Below are positions 1 through 10,340 of a stretch of 64,000 nt of DNA, in pieces; within the stretch, counting starts at the first letter, position 1, and every line of letters begins with the position of its first letter. The notes below the pieces were generated by a model. That model had not been told where the DNA came from. It did not search any database and saw only the letters and a list, made by a program, of their open reading frames with translations. This stretch comes from Octopus sinensis (lineage: Eukaryota). The position numbers and the translations under genes are program-made. The stretch lies in assembly GCF_006345805.1 (NCBI RefSeq), contig NC_042997.1:86180001-86244000 (forward strand). The letters run 5' to 3'.

Positions 1-330
1 TCTATACAAGCATGGCTTAACTAGAATTTGTTGAAGCAGATTTTCTACAGTCAGACACCCCTTTCTATCATCAACTTTCACTAATTTCCAAGCAAGATAA
101 TATTTCCCCATGACTAGATATATTTTCACAGAAGATTGGTAACAATACCTCTTGTATGACAGTGACACTTGTTTACAACTATCATGCTTTTCAAGTCAAG
201 GAGGCACAAACACACACATACACACATATATTTACATATATATGATGAGCTTCTTTCAGTTTCCATCTACCAAATCCACCCACAAGGTGTGGTTGACCCA
301 GCTATAGTGGTAGACACTTATATTACTAGA
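1..330 (-). mobile_element. tRNA-derived SINE family A, variant with RTE-type 3' half (truncated)
   Basis: Contains the recurring block CTTCTTTCAGTTTCCATCTACCAAATCCAC-CACAAGG...GCTATAGT-GTAGACACTT; its 3' half matches the copies at 15160-15385 and 21655-22055. Confidence 0.7.
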
Positions 331-343
331 GGCATGCAAAGTA

Positions 344-920
344 TTGGGTCTTCCCATTAATAATGCATTTTTTATACTTATTTTAGTTTTCAAAATTAAG
401 ATAAACAAAGTATTTTTTAATCTAAAATATATTCTCCTTCATTTTCTACAATGCTCTTCCATCTATCTGGTAGACTTGCAAGGCCCCTCTTCCAAATTTC
501 ACTTGTCCATGACAAAAAATACTTCTCCAGTACTGTTCTTATCTCATATACAGAATTCATTTTTTTCTGCCCAAATGATTTTGAAGACTGTGGAATAAAT
601 GATAATCAGATGGGGCAATGTCTGGCAAATATGGTGGATGGGGCATCGTTTCCCATTTAAACTGCTTTAGCCTTTGGAATGTCATCTGTACTGTATGTTG
701 CCAAGCATTATCCTGATGGGAGAACACCTTTTGTCTTCAAACCAAAGATGGTCATTTTTCTTCTAGTGCTGACTTAAGCTGCTCGCTGTAGATTTCTTTT
801 GTTATCATTTGGTTTGGGTTTAAAAGTTCAAAGTGAACTAAACCTTTCATATCCCACTAACAGATAACAAAACCGTATGTGGGTGAAGGCCTTTTTAGCC
901 TGGGGTGCCGGTGTTTCTCC
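344..920 (-). mobile_element. Mariner (DD34D) transposase relic, C-terminal half plus one terminal inverted repeat
   Basis: The minus strand from 920 to 417 reads, with stops and frameshifts, GETPAPQAKK/GLHPHTVLLSV/WDMKGLVHFELLNPNQMITKEIYSEQL...KVFSHQDNAWQHT...WETMPHPPYLPDIAPSDYHLFHSLQNHL.../...IWKRGLASLPDRWKSIVENEGEYILD*. There are 34 residues between the D of QDNA and the D of PSDY, and a YSPDLAP-like motif. A mariner-like TIR (TA|TTGGGTCTTCCCATTAATAATGCATTTTTT) starts at 344. Confidence 0.93.
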
Positions 921-1222
921 ATGACACTGGTGATAAGATCAGAGGACTCGAGGAAAGAGAAAGACAATAGCAACAATAATGATTAATTGATAAATATGAT
1001 AAATTATGACAATGATGGTGATGATGATTGTCAATATAGCAATGATAATGATGTTAGATCAATGTAATGATGATGATGATGATGATGATGATGAGAGAAG
1101 GAGGAAGAGGAAGTCAAGGAGGGGAATTTTTAAAAAAATAATTTTCCGCTTGATTCATTCTGTTGGAATGTATTAAAACACAATTTAATTGCAATCTTTT
1201 CTGCCAATTTTCTTTGATGTGA

Positions 1223-1258
<36 letters not shown>

Positions 1259-2044
1259 GGTTTGTAAGTATTAATTTTAAATGTATTTCTGATAATATGA
1301 CATGATATAATAAGTAATGCTTAATATTACGAAATGAAAAACATTATGTAAGAACTATAAAAATCGCTATTGATTTCTTTTACAAATATGTGTGTGCGTG
1401 TGTGTGTATTCTTTTGTTTAATCAATATTTGGCAGTTGGTTGTACAAAATGTGTTGTATGACTAACAAAGGTAATAATGAAGTTAGTATCTTACCAATAT
1501 TTCATAGATGAGAAGGTGGTCGAGGTGCTTGGCAGGATTGGTAAAGCACCAGACTAAATGTCTTTCACTAATTAGTGTACTTATTCTTTTCTTCATAAAC
1601 TAGTTTCACTTATTGGATTGTAGCCATTCTGGGGCACTGCTGTCACAGATTTTTAATTGATTATATGATATCAACACTTAGTACTTTTTCTGGTACTTAT
1701 TTTCCATTCTTCTCATAAAGATAGAGAACACAAAATTAACTTTTGCATAAAGAAAGGTTGGACTTAAATATGATAAATAAATAACACTGCTACATACATA
1801 CCCCCCCCCCACACACACACACACACAAACACTATTACTCTGTTTTATATTTTCTCTGTGAGTGAAACTTCATTATAATGATGCAATTTATATAGTGACC
1901 GCAATGACTGAAAGAAACATATTTTTCATTGCTTGGCCACTCCCAGAATTTCCTGCTTAATTTTGAGCCAGTCATAATTTTGAATTCTGGAGTGTTTAAC
2001 AAACATCCATCTACTTTTGTAACAGTTTCATAATTTCTGAAAGT

Positions 2045-2940
2045 AGTCATCATCATCATCCTCATCATCATACTGGCATAGTTTTGGACAATTTCACAGG
2101 ATCCAATGAGCCAGCTGGCTTTGCCAAGTTCCAATGCCTGCTTTGGCATGCTTTTATGACTGGATGCCCTTCCTAATGCCAAGCATTTTACAAAGTGTAC
2201 TGGGTGCTTTTTCTTTCCTGACACCAGCACTAGTGAGATTGCCAAGTAACATATAAGACAAATGAAAAAACCTCTCAACTGAATGGGGTTGTAGTAGAGG
2301 TCTATACCTGAATAACAGGCACAGGTGTCTTGTTAGAGAAGAGATGTGTGGCTACCCTGCATTATATAAGGGTGGGCAGCTCCAAAGAAGACAAAAACGG
2401 TGGTGACAAGGTTTTTAATTTTATTTTGATCTTAAATTTAACAATCTAATCAGGTACAGCACTGGTATTAAAAGATGGAATATAGGTATTTTGTATCAGG
2501 ATGAGATGATAAAGAGAAACTATAAGACAGTGAATCTATGGTCTTACAATATCAGTTTTCCTGAAAAATCAAGGTACTGACGGATGTTGATGAGCATTAC
2601 AGCCAAAATTAACATCATTTTCTAGTATTAGTTTTATCATCATCATTATCATTTAACATCTGTTTTCCATACTGGTATGGGTTGGACACCTTGAATGGAG
2701 CTGGAAAACCAGAGGACTGCACCAGTCTCCACTGTTTGCTTTGACATAGTTTTTACTGCTGGACGTCCTTCTTAACATCAACCACTTTACAAATTGAATT
2801 GGGTGCTTTTCACATGACACCAGCACTGACGAGGTCTGTTTTGGCATGTTTCCATGGTTGGATGCCCTTCCTAATGCCAACCACTTTATAGAGTGGACTG
2901 GGTGTTTTCCTGTGGCACTGGCAAGGTCTACTTTGGCATT
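2045..2940 (-). mobile_element. Cluster of RTE-LINE 3'-end / tail fragments
   Basis: Repeated GGATGCCCTTCCTAATGCCAACCACT motifs preceded by (CAT)n, the same tail that ends the RTE element at 62057-63262. Confidence 0.7.
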
Positions 2941-3444
2941 TTTTAATATTAATTTCATATATTTGTCTTAATCCAGTATTTTTCTTACTCCACCATGTAA
3001 CATAAGTGTAATTAATATCATTAGATATCAAAATAAAGTTTGTCTAAGAAAATATGCCTTGAAAATGGAAATAGAAAAAGTTAAAATATCTCCAGCAAGT
3101 ACATAAATAAAGAATAAATTGGAATTTGAAAACTGACCAAGAATATTTTTCATAGAAGTTCCTTGGACTTGAAATTATTCTTCTCACGGTAATTTTTGAT
3201 AGGAATATTTAATGAAGCATTTAGCAAACAGATTGTGTGTGACCCAAGAATTTGTGTTGAATTTCCATGACAGGCAGGTGATAATTAAGATTTATTGTAT
3301 TACTGATAATGAGACTGTCATTTATGAATACCTTAAAGAGTTTCCAGAATCAAGCATTAATGAGCTTACAGAACCTTAAGTATTAAGTTCAGATAACAAA
3401 GAAGTTCCTTCATAACAGTTTTAACAAGAAAGAGATGATATCTT

Positions 3445-3812
3445 TTATCATTTTTCTTGTTTCAGTCATTAGATTGCAGCCATACTGGGTCACTCTATTG
3501 AAAGGTTTAGTCAAACAAGTCAACCCCAATGCATTTTTTTAAAGCATGGTACTCATTCTAAGGGTTTCTTTTGCTGAACTGCTAAGCTGCAGGGATATAA
3601 ACAAACCAATACAGGTTGTCAAACAGTGTGAAGGACAAACACAAATACACACACACATATATATACACAGTTCTGTCCACCAACTCCACTCACAAGGTTT
3701 TGATTGACCCAGGGCTATAGTGAAAGACGCTTCCGTAAAGTGCCACACAGTGGGACTGAACCAAAGCCCACATGGTTGGGAAACAATCTTCTTACCACAA
3801 AGTCACAACTGT
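3445..3812 (-). mobile_element. tRNA-derived SINE family A
   Basis: Reverse complement of the full-length copy at 30467-30830. Confidence 0.85.
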
Positions 3813-3824
3813 ACTTTGAATTAC

Positions 3825-4010
3825 AACTGTAATTTTGAAGCAGGGCAGGTCTTAATTGATCACATCAGCTGCAGTATTTGACTGCTACTTTAATTTTAAG
3901 GACCCCAAAGGGATGACATGCAAAGTTGATCCCAGCAGGATTTGAACTCAGAATGTAAAAAGCTAGAACAAATTCTGCTGGATATTTTGTCCAATGTACT
4001 ACCTTAACAA
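3825..4010 (-). mobile_element. Meta-domain SINE family B (decayed)
   Basis: AAAGTTGATCCCAGCAGGATTTGAACTCAGAATGTAAA is the reverse complement of the family B B-box and core. Confidence 0.7.
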
Positions 4011-4236
4011 GATATGAAGAAAATACTTATCAATAATGGAGTATATTCATGAGACCATACAACTTCACCTAAATATATATGCATATATTTAGAGAATGTG
4101 AGAGAGCAGAAGAGAGAGTATTAGGCTTACACACACATATATAAAAAAAATATTTATATACTAAATAAATGTTGTATATAGACACACATGAACATGTATG
4201 CACACAAATGCATACATACAAATAATAGCATTTGCA

Positions 4237-4568
4237 TGCATGGCTCAGTGGTTAGAGTGTTGGGCTCACAATCATGAGGTAGTGAGTTCGATTTCCAGAC
4301 CAGGCTGTGTGTTGTGTTCTTGAGTAAGACTCTTTATTTTATGTTACTTCAGTTCACTCAGCAGTGGAAATGGGTTATGATGTCACTAGTGGCAAGCTGT
4401 ATCGGCCTTTTCCTTTCCCATGAATAACACCAGTGGGGTGGAGAGGGGAGGCTGGTATGCATGGGCAACGTCTGGTCATCCATAAACAACCTTGTCTGGA
4501 CTTGTGATTCAGAGGGTAACTTTCTAGATGCAATCCCATGGTTATTCATGACCAAAGGGGGTCCTTTA
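4237..4568 (+). mobile_element. tRNA-derived SINE family C
   Basis: Pol III A box TGGCTCAGTGG (4241-4251) and B box GAGTTCGATTT (4284-4294), then TTGAGTAAGACTCTT; homologous to 58131-58460, 60787-61083 and 63420-63727. Confidence 0.88.
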
Positions 4569-4671
4569 TATATATATATATACTTGTTTGATGAAGAGAT
4601 TTGGTCTTAGATAGAGTTTAAAAACTGTAACATATACAACATAGAAAAATTATGACAGTCATTAGTGTTTT

Positions 4672-4845
4672 TTCATTCACATTGTTTTTAATTGTTCCAT
4701 ATCTTTGAAATTCTGATGATGTGATTGTATAATTTTTGGAATGAAATTGAGTGGTAGGTGTGATAGGCTGGTTCTGACAGGTTAGAACATAAAACAGGTA
4801 GCATATTTGGGCCAGATGTGGTTGGTTTAAATGCTAAGGGGTTAA
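4672..4845 (+). mobile_element. TTAA-flanked (piggyBac-like) MITE, partial
   Basis: Ends in GGTTTAAATGCTAAGGGG|TTAA; homologous to 13721-13975 and to the split copy at 47197-48225. Confidence 0.7.
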
Positions 4846-7817
4846 GAGTCCATGAAAGTAGAACTGGTGAGCAGGTGTTGTCTTTCAGTTGTACCCAGAA
4901 TTTTTAAAAGGCCGAAGTGTAAAATGCATAATTATACAGTTAGATAGAATTATTCACTTACGTGTATATTTCTAGTGAGAGATGAAATTGGAGAAATTGT
5001 TGTTTCTTAATAAAATCAGCTTATTGAGTAGACTGACCTTTCATAAACCTGGAGCCCATGAGAAAATCATTTAAATTTAAGGGGTCTTTGAGAGTGAAAA
5101 GTTTCAGAACTACTGCTATAAAGTGTCAAAATACTTTTAATGTATGCTTTATTGTCTATAAAGCGTACAGCTTTGAAGACCACTGTTCCTGCTAAAGCAG
5201 AGGTTAGACTTGCAGACACCATGACAGCTTTTTCCATTTTCCCATATTCTCTATATCTCACCTTACCTTCATCACCATCTTCAGCCATGTCTTTTCCTAC
5301 CTTCTACTACTTCCTTCATATTCATTTCCATCACTCCTTTCAATAAAATCAAAAAGGAATATAATATTGTATATGTGCATGCATGCACACTTGTGCATGT
5401 GTGCACATTTTAAATAGCAATTGGTTCCACATGGTAATTCTGATAATGCCAATTAATCTTAAAGTCTTACTGTCTTGTATTTTGAAGATCTGGAAGTAAA
5501 CGCTCCACATCATAAATTGCAGAACAAATTTGCAAGAAAGAAATTTAATCAAACAGAAGTTAAGCAAGAATCAAACACAGAAACAACCCAATACAACCAA
5601 TAACCATCCTCCTATCATAGCAACCTTGAGAAGAATGCTGGGATGCTGGTTGTGAAATACGAAAATTTTAGCTAAATGTCAAGTGTAAATGTGACATCTC
5701 CCTTTTACTTTCATTATTTCTTTCATTTGAAGAATTGTAAATGTGAAATACATGCTTTCCAAAACAGCACTCTGCAATACTTATTCTTCCTGAAAGTAAA
5801 AATAAAAACGACAAAAGAGAAACAAAGATGATAAAAGAAGACGTGAAATGTTAGTGTGTTAATATAAAGAGCCTACATTTGCCGCTGTTATAGTCCATCG
5901 TATATTTTCACTCTACTTCTAAATTATCTGAGTTATTCTATCTTATATTTCAAATACTGCAAGCCAATGAAGGAGCCTCTACCTGATCAATAGACCTGCT
6001 CTGTAATCTCTGCCTGCACCCTAACCATACAGCCATAACTTTAACATTAAGCAAATAGCCACTCTTAAGATATGTTGCTTGAATTACTTCCTGAATCAAA
6101 CTAAACAACATCAAACTAGGTTTTTGAATCAAACTAAACAACATCAACTGTAATTTTATTTCATGGGTGTGATGTTGACTATGGAGAAAGCATTCATTTG
6201 TTAAATATATGCTCCAGCAATTACTACAAATGTTTATGGATTTGCAAGCACCATCCAATAAAGTCTGGCATGCATGGAAACTAGATCCATGACAATTATT
6301 TTCCTTCCTTTGTATTTTGTAGGACAAAGCAAATAAACCAAATGCATTTGGTAAATATTCTGTAGATTCTCAAAGGAAATCTATAGATTTTGTTTTTAAA
6401 CATTATTTACCATAAATGTCTGTCAATTGTAATTAAATTGGTAAACTGACATTTTGGCCATTAAAAGAGAACATTTTATATAAATACACGTTGTTTTAAT
6501 GTATTTGAGAGCCTTGTTATTAATCTAGTCTCCAACCATAAATATAAGATTAATGTTACATGAAGTAAAATGGCTAAAAATCAGATCTTCATATACATAT
6601 ATGTGTGTGTGTATGTGTGTGGTGTAATAAGCCAAAGAGAAGCCTCTGTATATTTATTACTCAAACCTACTATAAATAGTTGTCAGCTATTCATCAAATC
6701 ATGTCTTATGCCTTAACTATGGAAAGCAATCATAAATACTTGTAAAAAGACAAGCTGGTGAAGGTTCAAATGTCTTTTGATCATAGTTTTGCTTATTCAG
6801 GGTTAACCTAGGGTTAAACAACAAGCATAATTTATATGTTGTTTAACAGTTCTATTTGGGAACATATATGAGGTCTCTGGATCTGCTAGAAATAGCAGCC
6901 TAATATCCTCAAATCACACCCTGCTACTTTAAAAGAGGAAGGCCACACTAGAACACTTTTGAATGTAAATGTGCCCTTAACGGCAGTTCATCATCATCAT
7001 CATCTTTTAACATCCATCTTCCATGCTGATATGGGATAGATGGATTGACAGGATCTAATGAGAAGGACTGTGTCCTGCATAGAGAAGATACAAGGTTAGT
7101 TACATTATACAAGAGTGGGTGCTAATAATTGGGATGGAGATGGAAAGAAAGATAAAGATGGTGGTGATGAGGTGTGAAAGTACTTTGGGTGTCAGAAGAG
7201 CAGGAAGGAGTGGATGAGTGGGTGAGTAGAGGTTACTAGAGTGTATGGAGCAAGCAAGAGATTTCAGAGATGAGGTTGAGGTGGGGAGACAAATATTCTG
7301 AATGAGGAAGAGTTGAGAGTGATGGGTTCCATGATAAATATGAATCAAGGGAAGGTAGGGGAAAGTAAGTGATGACTGTAAAGGCTGGTTAGGATTGTGC
7401 GGTGAATGTAGCAAATAGTAGATAGGGATAGAAAAGTGAGGGACAATGCATATGAGTTAATGGAAACTTAGAGGAGTGTAGGGAGTAACTTCAAGAAAAT
7501 TGATTGAGCCTTTATGTTTTCAGTATTTGATTTCATTCAATCACATCTATGTCTTGATATAAAATTCTACCTTGATTTTATTTTTGCATTACGTTAATAG
7601 GGATTGAAACAACAGCCACAACAATTATACCAATCCTGAGTAAATATACCTATGATCAAAGGCCAATCATGACAACCCTGTTGTTTTAGGGCTATCCAAT
7701 GTGTTCTCATTTCCATTGTGGTAAGGTGTGATTTGGATAAGATTTGGTTAATATTTCTAGCATGGCACCTTAAGCAAGTGTCTTCTACTATACCCCTTGG
7801 CTGCTAGGCCAAATCTA

Positions 7818-8052
7818 CAAGGTGACGAGCTGGCAGAAACGTTAGCACACCGGGCAAAATGCTTAGCGATATCTCGTCTACCACTACGTTCTGAGTTCAA
7901 ATTCCGCCAAGGTCGACTTTGCTTTTCAGCCTTTCGGGGTTGATTAAATAAGTACCAGTTACACACTGAGGTCGATATAATCGACTTAATCCATTTGTCT
8001 GTCCTTGTTGTCCCCTCTGATTGTAGCTCCTTGTGCGCAGTAAAGAAATAAG
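7818..8052 (+). mobile_element. Young Meta-domain SINE family B1
   Basis: GAGCTGGCAGAAACGTTAGC head, GAGTTCAAATTCC B box, GTCGACTTTGCTTTTCAGCCTTTCGGGGTTGATTAAATAAGTACCAG core; CpGs retained; nearly identical to 36347-36568 and 43695-43927. Confidence 0.9.
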
Positions 8053-8192
8053 TAGATCTGGCTGCTATTTCTAGTTGTTTGAATGAGCACATAAAAGTTC
8101 TTTCATTGGACTTATTGCAAATAGATGTGCCATCTATGCTTAACCCTACCCAGTGTTAAGGGTGCAGGCCCAGTGAACAGAATTGTTTAAAC

Positions 8193-8499
8193 CAGTGGTT
8201 CTCAACCATTATTTCCTATGGACCCCTTTGATTCTTATTTTACTCTATTGAGCTTACATAGCCATCTGATGTGTATAAAAAACAAGCTTACTGTATTTTT
8301 ATATTTAAATATGATTAGGAATTGTATAAAAATTTTTTTATATTTTGTGTACAGTAGAATGTGGTAAGACTAATTTATTGGATGTGTAAAGTTAACTCCT
8401 TTAATCCAAAACTACTTGAGACTGCTTGCACTAAACCAGGTTTATTACATATAAATTTTCATGACAAAATCTTATATAGATCCCAGTTAAGAACCTCTG
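8193..8499. mobile_element. hAT (Charlie/Buster-type) MITE, 307 bp
   Basis: TIRs CAGTGGTTCTCAAC and GTTAAGAACCTCTG with an exact 8-bp TSD, GTTTAAAC, at 8185-8192 and 8500-8507 (central TA, as in Buster-type hATs). Confidence 0.9.
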
Positions 8500-8844
8500 G
8501 TTTAAACCAAAAATTAAAACTTAGAACTCAATGTTCCTAGTGCTTACCTCCTGCTCCACAATAGTGGGGAGCATTGAAAGTTGAGCTAGAATTCATTTAT
8601 ATAGTCTATATTTTCTGTCATGATGTGAATAACACTTGGGAACTGCTCTTGTGGAAAATTAGTAACTCATCAAAAATTCTACAGCCATGACAAGTAAGGT
8701 CAGCAGTAGAGTGCCAGAATTAGGAAGTCTGCAATTCTGAATTTGGCTTCTGTCAGAGATAGCTTAGCCTTTCCTTCTTCTGGAAGATGGTCAAATAAGA
8801 AGTCACAATGTATTGATGTTGTGTTATGATAATTATTTCTTGTG

Positions 8845-8913
8845 ATTTTTCTCTTTCTTTCTTTCTTTCTCTCTCTCCCTCTCTCCCTCTCTCCCTCTCC
8901 CCCCTCTCTCTCT

Positions 8914-8962
<49 letters not shown>

Positions 8963-9015
8963 TTTCTATATAGGCATATATATTCATATATATATATATA
9001 TACATATATATACAT
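8845..9015. repeat. Compound (CT)n/(TA)n microsatellite
   Basis: Directly visible in the sequence. Confidence 0.95.
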
Positions 9016-9519
9016 ATTTATGGATGAGTGTTTATGTGAGCGTGTGTGTATGTTAAGTATCTGTGCATGATTAGATACACAATTCAAAAGCCTTTTAACT
9101 AATTTTACATTAAAGTAACTCAAACTGTCTAATGACTTGAGAGATTAGCAAAGTGAAGGTAGATAGTAGTGTACTTAAACTATGTGCCTGTGGTTGGGAG
9201 GGGAGCTAAGCTTTCAGTATCTTCAAATACTATCATTATATTCAGTGTAGTTAATTAGGTTATATTGGAATTCTACACAACAAATCCCACCAGGAAATAA
9301 ATAAATAATGTCCTCTTCAACAATTCAACTAATATAACCTTAAACCTTTTCATGATTGTATTCCTAATGAGTAGATGACCCATGTGTTTAAATTATTTTT
9401 CAATATAGTCAACATTTTAAAGTAAGTTTTAGCAAATTATTTGTAAATCTATATAGTCATATATTATGTTGGTGCCAACCAACTGAAATCATACAATATC
9501 TTCATCTTTGATATTGTAT

Positions 9520-9900
9520 TTGTTTCGGTCATTGGACTCTGGCCATGCTGAGATACAAACTTAAAGGCTTTAATTGAATAAATCAACCCAGGTGCTTTAT
9601 TTTCTAAGCCAGGTACTTATTCTAAAGATCTCTTTTATTGAACCACTAGGTTACAGGGATGTTAACAAACCAACACTAGTTGTCAACACAGGAACACCCC
9701 ACCCCCACCCCACCCCCACACCCCACACACCCCACACACCCCCATATATACACAATGGGTTACTTTCAGTTTCCATCAACCAGATTCACTCACACGGCTT
9801 TGGTCAGCCTGGGGCTATAGTAGAAGACAAAGTGCCCTACTGTGAGACTCAACCCACGAGCACATCTTCTGAAAGCAAGCTTCCTAACAGCACAACCCAT
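9520..9900 (-). mobile_element. tRNA-derived SINE family A
   Basis: Reverse complement of the family A pattern; the internal microsatellite is replaced by a (CACCC)n tract. Confidence 0.8.
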
Positions 9901-10035
9901 GTTGTTTATGTTTTAATCAGATATTGATCAAGATTTTAATTCAAATATTAACATTTTAGTGCAAACAGTCTCAGGTAGTTTTGGATTAAAGGAGTTAACA
10001 TTACACATCCAATAAATTAGTCTTACTACACTTCT

Positions 10036-10260
10036 CTCCTACCTCCTTCTTCAATATCAATGTCTCACTGCTATGTGGCTTTACATTCATTACACATCTA
10101 TTGCAGACACTGAATTTTGCTCAGGAAAAAAACTCTATAGTTGCCAACACATATAACAGCTGCCTGAGCTTCTAGCCCATTTTTCTAAATTCTAGCTACT
10201 ATATTCAATCAAAACCACTTTCAGCAATAATCAAATCACTCATGTAACAGAAATTACCTC
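10036..10260 (-). mobile_element. Decayed RTE LINE fragment (C-terminal part of the reverse transcriptase region)
   Basis: Minus-strand pieces FCYMSDLI..., IVARI... and PHSSETLILKKE parallel the RTE motifs F.YLG, ARI..GW and HGSETW; HSSETW is also present in the RTE at 62057-63262. Confidence 0.55.
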
Positions 10261-10262
10261 AA

Positions 10263-10340
10263 CAATTTGAGTCTTAGACTCAGCAACTTGAGTCTTAGAC
10301 TCAGCAACTTGAGTCTTAGACTCAGCAACTTGAGTCTTAG
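10263..10340. repeat. 21-bp tandem repeat, about 3.7 copies (CAACTTGAGTCTTAGACTCAG)
   Basis: Units start at 10263, 10284, 10305 and 10326. Confidence 0.95.

Noticed and set aside
3212-3379. 55-aa ORF MKHLANRLCVTQEFVLNFHDRQVIIKIYC...
   Set aside because: It has no recognisable motif or splice signals; it could be decayed TE coding sequence but this cannot be supported.
4237-4300. tRNA-like sequence with A and B boxes
   Set aside because: It continues into a multi-copy SINE body and has no acceptor stem or terminator, so it is a SINE head rather than a tRNA gene.
6092-6150. Short tandem duplication of TGAATCAAACTAAACAACATCAA
   Set aside because: It is an ordinary slippage duplication with no further structure.
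10263-10340. Palindromic direct repeats resembling a CRISPR array
   Set aside because: There are no unique spacers and no cas genes, and the context is eukaryotic.
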